NCBI GenBank assembly: GCA_009778035.1
Contig: WRKP01000003.1
Location: 26,132 to 90,131 of the forward strand
Reading direction: 5' to 3'
Source of the DNA: Planctomycetaceae bacterium
GTDB lineage: Bacteria; Planctomycetota; Planctomycetia; Pirellulales; Thermoguttaceae
Length of the DNA stretch: 64,000 nt
Made by a program: the position numbers and the translations under genes. The notes beneath the pieces were generated by a model. That model was given only the letters and a program-made list of their open reading frames with translations. It searched no databases and had not been told where the DNA came from. Position 1 is the stretch's first letter, and each line of letters opens with the position of its first letter. Shown one piece after another: positions 8,011 through 16,461 of this stretch.

Positions 8011-11000
8011 CTATCGGCCCAGCAGACTCAACATATAGTTCGGAATCTGATTCGCAATGCCCAACGTGTTCATGTTCGCCTGCACCAATATCTGCGCACG
8101 CGTCATGTTCGACGTCTCCTCCGCAAAGTCCGTGTCGCGAATCTGACTCTCCGCCTCCGTTAAGGCTCCCAACGTGTCATTGAGCACATTGATATTCGTC
8201 TCCAATGTCGCCCGCTGCATCGTGCCCAATCGGCCACGTATCGACGTGATCGCCAATAACGACTCATCCACAATCCGAAATGCCTTGCCGGGATTGTCAA
8301 ACAAGTTTGCATCCCCGCCAGAACGAATCTGATTCAATACGCCCGATACACCGCCGAGTTGCACCGTGTTGATGCTGCGAATACCCATCGTGATTTGCTG
8401 CCGCGATACAACATCCGGCCCGACTTGGAATGTCGCACCGCCGCCCGCGATCGTAAAACCCGTCGAATAGCCCGGATACGTTCCCGCATGTTCGGAAAAT
8501 GTATAGGTCATCGACAACTGCGATGTGTTCAACGACACATTCAAGCCCGTCCCGACCGCACGGATCCCGTTAATCATCGCATCGACATCCTGTCCATACG
8601 ACCTTTCCTGGGCTTTTCCGTTGGCATCGGACACCGAAAATGTCGTCTGAGCACCCGGTTCCACAGGCAATGCCCGCACCTCGACATACTGATCGCTGCC
8701 GTAATCCATCGACCGGAATATCAAATAATAATCCGTGGCATCCGAACCGAAAAGCAGTTTTGCACCGTTCAATTCGCCTGGAGGTGCTGCTCCGCCCTTG
8801 GTAACAAGCGTATCATCGTCAGGATGAATCAAGCCCGTCCCGTTGCCGAGTTGCGAGATCTGAAACTTATTGCGGGTACGCGGGTCCGAGTTGATTAACT
8901 GCTGAATATCATTGGCCGTCGTGGTTCCGAAGTTGACATGCACCGTAATTTTCTTGGACGCTTCGTCATAAACCAGCCGCAATCCCCGTTCGACCGTGCT
9001 GTCCGGCGTAATCAGATTGCCGCAGTCATCCCGCAGCAAGCCGGAGTACACATCATCATCGCACGGATTGAGATCGGAACCATCAACCATATTATCCGCA
9101 AATCGGCCCGTCAGCGAAAGGTCGTTAATGTACTCAATCGTGAATCCGTCCCATTCCGGGCCGAGATTTCGGGCAAACAACTGGTAGGATGAATCAATTC
9201 CCCGTTGCGAGGTCATAATTCCCGTGGAATGTTTGGCGACGTAATGCTGTTGCTCGGCAATGTCATTCCAGCCGACGAACATAATGTCGTTGATAATCAA
9301 CTCATCGCAGTCGCCGTACGCAATCGTCGGGGCCAGGAAGCCGGTTCCGTAGGGGTCATCGCAATCATCCCAAACGGCTCCCGCCGGACGCACCACGCTT
9401 ACGCTGACATTGTCCACGAGTGCGGGATCAAGCGTATTCCACCACGCTTCCAAATCGGCCGCCGTCGTCGTTACGTTGCCCGCTTTGTCCGTTGCAAGAT
9501 GCACGGTAATCACCGCCGGCGAAATCAACCCGCCGTTGGTCAAAACCGGGCCGTCTTTCACGAAATCAATCACTTTCCCATCGGAGCCCTGTACCGTGTT
9601 GTAGGCTCTTGCCGTAAACATTCGGCTGACAACAGGGTCGTTGTTAATAAGCCGAACAACGTCTTCCTGCGTCGGATGGCTGTACACCTGGTTGTTTCCG
9701 GCGGGCGCACCGGGGCCAGCATTGGAATCCGCCAGCCAAACCGTTACCGTGCCGCCTTTGTGGCCGCCGGTGTTGCCGGTATTCGCTATCGTCCTAAATT
9801 GATTCGCGGACAAGCCGATACCGTCCAATTTCCCAAACCCGTCGTTGAGCGGGTCTTCCGCATAGGACAATTCCGCCTTGAAATCGACGCTGGAATTGTT
9901 AATTGCCGCGATAATATCATTCGTCGTCAGTTCGTTAATCCGCAGGCTGTCAATCGAAATTCGCAGTTGGCCGGTTGCGGAATCGAATCGCACCGTTACC
10001 GGGTCGGGACTGGTATGATTATCATCCAACCGCATGACCACGTCGATGTCGTTGAACAAATCGCCGCGCTCCGTTGCCGTAATGTAAAACGCACTGTTCG
10101 GCACCGGCAAGTTCGTGGCCGCATCTCGGAATACCGCTTGCGCGTAGGCAAAGGAACTTCCCGGATCGTATTCCACCCAGCCGTCCCTGCGGTCGGGCGC
10201 AAGCACGCCTTCGGCATCTTCGCCGACGCGTTTGAAGACGAATTGCACATCATCGTACTCCCCGCCCTGCTTGTTGGCCGTAATGGTCAAACTCGCACCG
10301 CTGTCCTGGGCCGTCAGTACCGCTTGCGATTGACCAATCACGGCTGGCACGGTCGTCCGGTCAAGATACAACTCGCTATTCGGCCCATCCACGACAAACC
10401 GGATGTTCGGCGAGTTGAATCCGCCCAAAAATTGCAATGCCGTCCCTTCGTTCGGGTTGCCGTAGTAGGCAACTTCCTCAAATGTACTCACGGGGAAGTA
10501 GCCGTTGTTTCCCGGTGCGAGTCGGGCGGTAATCACGGGTGGAAGCCCGCCGGCATCGTAGTATTTTCCTTCGGCATTTTCGGCGGCGAGTTCGGCAATC
10601 ATATCGGGACACATAATCCCGCCCCAGAATGCGGAGTTATTGAGTGCCGTGATGAGTTCGGCGGCCGTTGTAACGATCGCTCCGCCGGTAACGCCCCCGC
10701 CAAAGATATTCTCGAATGCCGTCTTGTTATGCACGAGCGTCAGGCCGTATTGGTCGTAAATTTCCTTATCCGACATATTGGGATAATCCAAATTGACCAC
10801 TCCGGTCGGCAGATTGGGGTGATTTTGGTATCCGACGAAGTTCCCCTGCCGGTCAATCCAATAATTGTACAGCCGCATGGCCCCGGTTCCATCATTGTCG
10901 ATGGTCGTGGTAACATTGAACAGGCTCGCTGCCCGCTCGCTGCCGCGGGACATGGCATGATCCAGGTTAAATATATTGGTAATGTCATTGGCCGTAATTT

Positions 11001-14000
11001 CCCGCCAGACCGCACCAGTATTGACCGAGTGATTCAGCGGCGGAGTCGGCGGCGGATTGTTGATGACGGAAAACGTTACCTGCCCTAGTTCAATCGCACT
11101 GGCGATGGCAGTGCTCGGAAGTCTTACATCTCCAGGACCACCTGTTCCGTCGTTCCAGCCGAGCAATCCCAGCCCAATCGGCTTGCCCGACCAGTTCCCG
11201 TTGAGGGCATCGAGCAACTCGTTGTAGGTCAAGTTTGCCGTATCGTCATACTGCACAACGAGCGTGTTTCCAACTCGGGAAATGGTCAGATCGCCCGGCG
11301 GATTGGTCGAAGCAACGGGGTCAAAATTGATGACCATCCCATCCCAACGCGGGTCGGAATGCGTAATCATCAAGTTTGCAATTTCTACAGCAACTGCACT
11401 TCCCGAATGACCAACAACCGCCGATTCGGACGATGCCAATCCGTCGATAGGCTTTGTTACGGTCGCCTCAATACCGTTGACATCCACCCAGCGCAGGTCA
11501 TCGCCCGCCGGTAACTGCGATGTCGGAATGGGACTGCCGTCGGGACGCGTCCACTGAGGCAGTTCAAGCCAAGTCGAATCATCCGTCGGGTTGAGGGGAT
11601 TTGCACTGCTGGCGGGATAAGCGGAATACAGAGCCCCGCGAGGATTGTTCAATGCGGCGAGAATCAGGTCATACGTCACCGGCGGCTGCGCCGTGCTGTT
11701 AATAATGACATTCACGGTTTTCCCGTCAAAGTTAATCACAATCGGCGGATGGTCTTCGGGATTTGTTGCCGACGGTGGGCTTGGGCCAGCGGCGACCGTC
11801 GTGAACTTAATATCGAGATTATCCCAGGACTTGTCGGTATGTTGCAAGTAAAGTCCGGTTGGGCCCTCGGGGCCTTGTATCGTACCGATGAGGTCGGATC
11901 GGCCGTCCAGCGAATGGGTGTAGGGGCGATAACTGCCTATCGTCGTCGAACTGACGAGCACCGTTGGGCGACCCGGAATATACTTGTCGCCCGCCGAATT
12001 CACGAACATCAACCCGCCCGCTTCCAGAATGTTTTCCGGTGTTACTCCAATGATGGGATCGTAGTTGGCGCCGATGCTGGTAGGATCGACAATGGTTGGG
12101 ATGTTCAGAGCGGCTGGCGTCGTTGTGTCCGCGTGATTGACAATCCGCCATCCGGCCCAGCCCGGCTGATTATCCATTCCATCAATACCGCCTCTATTTC
12201 CAGTCGGGTCGTTCAGCGCAGCGAGAATATCTTCATACCTTGTGTCGCTGTCGACTCGAATGGTAAGAATCCGGTTGCCGTCGTCGAATTCAATATCGAC
12301 GCTTCCGCCGGTGCGATCGCTTCGCTCAAAACGGAACGTAATCGCATCCCAATCATCGTTTGTATGTGCGAGGAACACATTATCGCCCATCGGGACACTC
12401 GTCCGTGCTTGGATTGTCCCGGAATTAATCGCGGGCAGTGTCCTGCTCGCAGAGGAACTCGTCCCAGTCGCGGGAACCGTGTTGAGCACGAACTGATTGC
12501 CTGGGGCTGTGGTGGGGAAGGTGAACGCCGCTGTTCCAGCGATAGCGGCTGGCCCCTGATAATCAACAAACGAAAATGGGTCAAATCGCGCTCCGCCGAC
12601 CGTTGCTCCGAAGCGGGTGTTCAGCGCATCGAGAACGTTTGCGTAGCTTGCCCCGGCTGCCACGGTAACATCGATTCGCATCGCGGAGTGATCGATATCG
12701 GCTGAATTTGTGGCACCGGCTGTAAAAACGATCGTGTATCCATTAAATTCAGGGCTGCTTTGGAGATACACGGGATTGGCATCGTCCGTGTGCATGTTCG
12801 TATTTGCCCGAAGCGGCGTCCCGTCAAAGACTTCTCCATCGGCTTTAATCCACGCAAATTCGGGCGGATCCACTCCCCTTCCAATTCCCGGCGGCAAGCC
12901 TGTCCAATTTTCAAGGGCGTTGAGAATATCGTCGTACGTCGCATGGTCATTGTACGAAACGGTAATCCTTCCGCTTCCGCTGGAATGGACATTCACGAAA
13001 GTCGTCGCCGGCGGTATCGACGTATGGACAAATTCAATCTGAATGTCATCCATTGCCGTGCTTCGGTGATGGAGGTACAAGGCCTCTCCGCTGATGCTTG
13101 TGAGCGGAGTGGTGCTTCTTCCGACGACGCCACCCATGGTTGAAGTGGCCAGCGACCTCGGTACGCCCGCGACAACTTCATCGCCGTTGGCATCCGACCA
13201 GTAAAAACTGCCGTAATGCGAAATGGATGCTTCCCTTGAAGCGGGCGGTTCTCCGTTTAAGGCACTCAGAATATCGTCGTAGGTTGCGTGTTCGCGAACA
13301 ACAACGTTTACCGTCTTGTTGGCGACATCGTACGCAACGTCTACCGGCGTTCCAACAATGGCGGGCGACTGAGCGAAATTGAACGTCCAGCCGTCCCAGT
13401 TGGCATCTGTGTGTGCCAGGTACATGCCATCGCCGACGGCTCTGAGCGTAACGCCGGGCTTTTCGGGAATGTCCGGCGTTTTGGGCATAAGGCCGTCCGG
13501 GGGCAACACGATGAAGAGCGACCCAGCCGCTCCGCCGCTTTGATGCGTGTTGCTCCTGACCGAATTCCCTGCCGCCGTGGCCGAAAGCGTGACGTCCGTC
13601 AGACTTTTCGCCCCAATGGAAGCATTTACCGAGAATCCATGGCCGGTATTGTTGTTCAGGAAGTTGAGGGCATCCTGGACATCGCGGAGTGTCGTATTTC
13701 CGTTGTTGTTATAGAAGATGGTGAGCGTTTTTCCGCCTGGAATGACGTTTCCGTAGGCGTCGAGTTGTTCGTTATATTGAGCGGAAGCAGCCCTTCCGCC
13801 GAGCGACGCATCGCCGGGACTGGCCGCCACGAATTGGATGGTAACATCATTGTAATCCGAACCCGTCGCGCGGGATTGAATGGAAAAGTATTCGTTCGCC
13901 GCCAAATTGCCGAATGCCAAGGCGGTATTGCTGACACCCATCGTGGCGTCAGACCCGGGAACGTAACCGAACAGTGCCGATGCCGCCTGGCCATGCTCGC

Positions 14001-15147
14001 TGTAGTAAGTGTAGGGCATGCCCGCCGTACCGGTCGGGTTGTCCGAAGAATAAAACCGGGGATCGGTCAGGGAACCATCCACGTAGTAGATGTTGGCATT
14101 GTTGTACTGGGCCCCTTCGATGTTGGCCTCGAATTTGAGGGCATTGTTGTCCCGAAGCGGTACGAGTTTGCCGTTGAGCATATACCAAGTCGTATCGACA
14201 TCATCGGCAAAGGCCGCCTGGTAGGCTTCCGTTTGCAGGTAAACCAAAATGTTGGCCGGCGCGCCGGGATAGAGCGGTTCTTCGTATTTGATTTGCACGC
14301 CTTCGGACGATCCCGGCAGGTATTTGAGTTGGACGTTGCCTTCGTTGAGGCCGGCGAGGCCCGCTTCGATGATAATGTCGTTATCCGGCCCGAGACTGCT
14401 GACGTAGAGCAGGCCTTTGAGGGCATCGGAGCCGACTTCGGCCACGACGCCGGTTCCATCGGAGCGTTTGTTGACGATTTCGGCAATTTCGGCAACGGTT
14501 GCACCTTTATCGAAGGTTTCCATGTCGAATCCGTAATTTCCGCCCCATTGCAGGACGATGGCCTCGGCCAGTGCGGGCTGGTTGTAGTACAGGGCGGCTT
14601 TTTCAGCGGCTTCGCGGACGTTGATGGTAACTTCGACCGGTTCCCGATTCGACCCGAAGGAGGCCTGATGAACGGACAAGCCCTGGAGGTTGTTGCGGTC
14701 GATGCCGACGAGGTTGAAATCGAGGGAGCCGTCGAGCAGTTTTTTGCCCATGAAGGTCGTTTGGGACGCAATCCGGTCGATGGCATCGAGGGATGCATCA
14801 ACCTGGAGTTGGTTGGCATAAATCATTTCGTGGCTCATCGTGCCGGTGCTGGCGGCTTCGGTGATAAGGCCCCGGATGTCATTGAGGAGATTGGTAACTT
14901 CGTTGAGGGCACTTTCCGCCGTGGCAATCATCATATTGGCCCGTTCGGTATTTCGGATGGCCATTTTGATCCCGGTGATGTCGGAGCGGAGCATTTCGCT
15001 GGCGATGAGACCGGCGGGATCGTCTTTACCGCTATTGATTTTGAACCCTGTGCTGAGTCGTTCCAGCGAGGTGGACAGGGCACTCATATTTTGATTGAGA
15101 TTTGCCCTTGCGACCATAGAAGGGACGTTGGTATAAATTCGTGTCAC
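8011..15147 (-). CDS. Giant flagellin (2,378 aa): canonical flagellin N- and C-terminal helical domains flanking a ~1,950-aa repetitive central region
   Basis: GTG start at 15147 preceded by AAGGAG (8-nt spacer). N-terminus MTRIYTNVPSMVARANLNQNMSALSTSLERLSTGFKINSGKDDPAGLIASEMLRSD. C-terminus RGRLGTMQRATLETNINVLNDTLGALTEAESQIRDTDFAEETSNMTRAQILVQANMNTLGIANQIPNYMLSLLGR. One uninterrupted ORF. Confidence 0.9.
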   Translation of the reverse strand: MTRIYTNVPSMVARANLNQNMSALSTSLERLSTGFKINSGKDDPAGLIASEMLRSDITGIKMAIRNTERANMMIATAESALNEVTNLLNDIRGLITEAASTGTMSHEMIYANQLQVDASLDAIDRIASQTTFMGKKLLDGSLDFNLVGIDRNNLQGLSVHQASFGSNREPVEVTINVREAAEKAALYYNQPALAEAIVLQWGGNYGFDMETFDKGATVAEIAEIVNKRSDGTGVVAEVGSDALKGLLYVSSLGPDNDIIIEAGLAGLNEGNVQLKYLPGSSEGVQIKYEEPLYPGAPANILVYLQTEAYQAAFADDVDTTWYMLNGKLVPLRDNNALKFEANIEGAQYNNANIYYVDGSLTDPRFYSSDNPTGTAGMPYTYYSEHGQAASALFGYVPGSDATMGVSNTALAFGNLAANEYFSIQSRATGSDYNDVTIQFVAASPGDASLGGRAASAQYNEQLDAYGNVIPGGKTLTIFYNNNGNTTLRDVQDALNFLNNNTGHGFSVNASIGAKSLTDVTLSATAAGNSVRSNTHQSGGAAGSLFIVLPPDGLMPKTPDIPEKPGVTLRAVGDGMYLAHTDANWDGWTFNFAQSPAIVGTPVDVAYDVANKTVNVVVREHATYDDILSALNGEPPASREASISHYGSFYWSDANGDEVVAGVPRSLATSTMGGVVGRSTTPLTSISGEALYLHHRSTAMDDIQIEFVHTSIPPATTFVNVHSSGSGRITVSYNDHATYDDILNALENWTGLPPGIGRGVDPPEFAWIKADGEVFDGTPLRANTNMHTDDANPVYLQSSPEFNGYTIVFTAGATNSADIDHSAMRIDVTVAAGASYANVLDALNTRFGATVGGARFDPFSFVDYQGPAAIAGTAAFTFPTTAPGNQFVLNTVPATGTSSSASRTLPAINSGTIQARTSVPMGDNVFLAHTNDDWDAITFRFERSDRTGGSVDIEFDDGNRILTIRVDSDTRYEDILAALNDPTGNRGGIDGMDNQPGWAGWRIVNHADTTTPAALNIPTIVDPTSIGANYDPIIGVTPENILEAGGLMFVNSAGDKYIPGRPTVLVSSTTIGSYRPYTHSLDGRSDLIGTIQGPEGPTGLYLQHTDKSWDNLDIKFTTVAAGPSPPSATNPEDHPPIVINFDGKTVNVIINSTAQPPVTYDLILAALNNPRGALYSAYPASSANPLNPTDDSTWLELPQWTRPDGSPIPTSQLPAGDDLRWVDVNGIEATVTKPIDGLASSESAVVGHSGSAVAVEIANLMITHSDPRWDGMVINFDPVASTNPPGDLTISRVGNTLVVQYDDTANLTYNELLDALNGNWSGKPIGLGLLGWNDGTGGPGDVRLPSTAIASAIELGQVTFSVINNPPPTPPLNHSVNTGAVWREITANDITNIFNLDHAMSRGSERAASLFNVTTTIDNDGTGAMRLYNYWIDRQGNFVGYQNHPNLPTGVVNLDYPNMSDKEIYDQYGLTLVHNKTAFENIFGGGVTGGAIVTTAAELITALNNSAFWGGIMCPDMIAELAAENAEGKYYDAGGLPPVITARLAPGNNGYFPVSTFEEVAYYGNPNEGTALQFLGGFNSPNIRFVVDGPNSELYLDRTTVPAVIGQSQAVLTAQDSGASLTITANKQGGEYDDVQFVFKRVGEDAEGVLAPDRRDGWVEYDPGSSFAYAQAVFRDAATNLPVPNSAFYITATERGDLFNDIDVVMRLDDNHTSPDPVTVRFDSATGQLRISIDSLRINELTTNDIIAAINNSSVDFKAELSYAEDPLNDGFGKLDGIGLSANQFRTIANTGNTGGHKGGTVTVWLADSNAGPGAPAGNNQVYSHPTQEDVVRLINNDPVVSRMFTARAYNTVQGSDGKVIDFVKDGPVLTNGGLISPAVITVHLATDKAGNVTTTAADLEAWWNTLDPALVDNVSVSVVRPAGAVWDDCDDPYGTGFLAPTIAYGDCDELIINDIMFVGWNDIAEQQHYVAKHSTGIMTSQRGIDSSYQLFARNLGPEWDGFTIEYINDLSLTGRFADNMVDGSDLNPCDDDVYSGLLRDDCGNLITPDSTVERGLRLVYDEASKKITVHVNFGTTTANDIQQLINSDPRTRNKFQISQLGNGTGLIHPDDDTLVTKGGAAPPGELNGAKLLFGSDATDYYLIFRSMDYGSDQYVEVRALPVEPGAQTTFSVSDANGKAQERSYGQDVDAMINGIRAVGTGLNVSLNTSQLSMTYTFSEHAGTYPGYSTGFTIAGGGATFQVGPDVVSRQQITMGIRSINTVQLGGVSGVLNQIRSGGDANLFDNPGKAFRIVDESLLAITSIRGRLGTMQRATLETNINVLNDTLGALTEAESQIRDTDFAEETSNMTRAQILVQANMNTLGIANQIPNYMLSLLGR

Positions 15148-15198
15148 GTTTCGATCTCCTTATCGTGTGGTGATGTTGTTTTTCGGTTAGCCGAGTGA

Positions 15199-15265
15199 GT
15201 TAGCCGCCCCGTCCTGCGTTGCGCATCGTGCGTCGAGCAGGGCTCGGCGGCCAACGGCGGCTAAC
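15199..15265. repeat. Imperfect 67-nt palindrome in the flagellin leader (family D-related)
   Basis: GTTAGCCGCC(CCGTCCTGC)...(GCAGGGCTCGG)...GGCGGCTAAC. The outer 10-bp arms are perfectly complementary. Shares the GTTAGCCGC core with 15428-15459 and 50429-50459. Confidence 0.6.
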
Positions 15266-15309
15266 ATTTGTACGGATTATGATTGATAAACCGGTATTCC
15301 GTAATTGGA

Positions 15310-15338
15310 TTATCGAAAGGATTAGACCGTAAATTTTA
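15310..15338 (-). promoter_or_regulatory. Possible sigma-28 (FliA)-type promoter for the flagellin gene
   Basis: Minus strand reads TAAAATTT-N13-TTCGATAA, against the consensus TAAAGTTT-N11-GCCGATAA. It lies ~165 nt upstream of the GTG start. The spacer is 2 nt longer than consensus. Confidence 0.3.
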
Positions 15339-15427
15339 GAAATGTTGGATATTTTGGTCTTGCAAGTTGTATGCGTTGTCCGGTTATACGCATTGTACCG
15401 GTTAGGTAAGATGGGCTAGTGCTGCCC

Positions 15428-15459
15428 GTTAGCCGCGTCGCTCTGCGGAGCGAGTTAAC
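15428..15459. repeat. Family D short palindromic element
   Basis: GTTAGCCGCGTCGCTCTGCGGAGCGAGTTAAC. The 20-nt core GTTAGCCGCGTCGCYCTGCG is shared with 50429-50459. Confidence 0.6.
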
Positions 15460-15528
15460 ACAAAGAAAAAGAGCAGGGGCTCTTACGCAATGCCCCTGCA
15501 CGAGGATTGGATTCCAAGGATTACTACC

Positions 15529-16425
15529 TCACTCCGCTGCGGGCCGTTGCCGACCCTGTCTTTGTCCCTGGCCGACCGGCTGCGGCCGCGGCTCGACCTC
15601 CAACGTCGCAAAATTTTCCTTAAATTTCTTCAAATGCTCCATCAAATTCGGAAACATCACAGCCGGAACCATCCGCCTGTTTTCGTCCCGTAATGGCCGA
15701 AGGATTTTTTCGACGTATTCCGCCCAAAGATCGTCGAGTTTTTTGCCCGTGTACTCTTCAAACAGGTCTTCCGAATAGGTTCGGTGCCGACCATGCACGT
15801 TCAATTTCGGAACAATTTCCAAATCGTAGACATCGGCCAACCACATCAAAAAGCCAGCCGATATTTGATACATATCGGTATATCTCGCTCTATCAGGATT
15901 GACCGGGCGCATTTCTTTTTCCGGTTCAAAGAATGCATGCCGAACATAGTCCCCGATTCCTTCGGTAACCCAACTCGGCACGCCGGTTCCTGGCCCGCCG
16001 GGATAACCTTGAATGAAATGAACGAGTTCGTGGGCAATCATCCCCCAATCTTCTTCGCCGGGCTGGCCCGGTTTGATGTAATTGATGTTGAATCCGATGG
16101 TTGTACTGCTGTTCCATCCAATCGGCCCCGTGCTTTGGGCACGCAATTCGATGGCGCCAGAGGGGATATGTCCGTCGGATTCGAGATATTTATCGTAAAC
16201 GGGATAGAGTTCCCGTATAACATTGACGGCAACTGCGAGCCATTCGGGAATACCGGGTTCTGCGATGGCGGCTTCGTCGTAATAGACAACGGTGATTCTC
16301 GTCGGCAGGTAATACCCGCGTTCTTTAGGTTGGCCGGCTTCTTCGGAGGCTTGCACCGCCAAATTGACGGCCAAAATACATGCAAGCGTAACGATCACGC
16401 AGCGTGTGATAGCGAAATGTCTCAT
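15529..16425 (-). CDS. Secreted basic-secretory-protein (BSP) family putative zinc metallopeptidase
   Basis: Signal peptide MRHFAITRCVIVTLACILAVNLAVQA. The segment GMIAHELVHFIQGYPG...SWVTEGIGDYVRHAFF matches the HExxH ... EGIADYVR signature of the BSP/peptidase-of-plants-and-bacteria family. Confidence 0.7.
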   Translation of the reverse strand: MRHFAITRCVIVTLACILAVNLAVQASEEAGQPKERGYYLPTRITVVYYDEAAIAEPGIPEWLAVAVNVIRELYPVYDKYLESDGHIPSGAIELRAQSTGPIGWNSSTTIGFNINYIKPGQPGEEDWGMIAHELVHFIQGYPGGPGTGVPSWVTEGIGDYVRHAFFEPEKEMRPVNPDRARYTDMYQISAGFLMWLADVYDLEIVPKLNVHGRHRTYSEDLFEEYTGKKLDDLWAEYVEKILRPLRDENRRMVPAVMFPNLMEHLKKFKENFATLEVEPRPQPVGQGQRQGRQRPAAE

Positions 16426-16461
16426 AGCAGTTCACGTTTGATTGTTGGAGTGTACCGCTGG

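Noticed and set aside
8011-15147. Proteolytic flagellin (flagellinolysin-type) or another enzymatic insert in the giant flagellin
   Set aside because: I scanned the 2,378 aa and found no HExxH or other catalytic signature. The insert is explained by repeat modules.
9205-15198. Very long plus-strand ORFs (9205-11088, 627 aa; 11749-12705, 318 aa; 13288-15198, 636 aa) opposite the flagellin gene
   Set aside because: They are antisense shadows of the 7.1-kb minus-strand ORF. Their translations are R/G/V-rich low-complexity sequence without any recognisable motif, whereas the minus-strand frame carries unmistakable flagellin termini.
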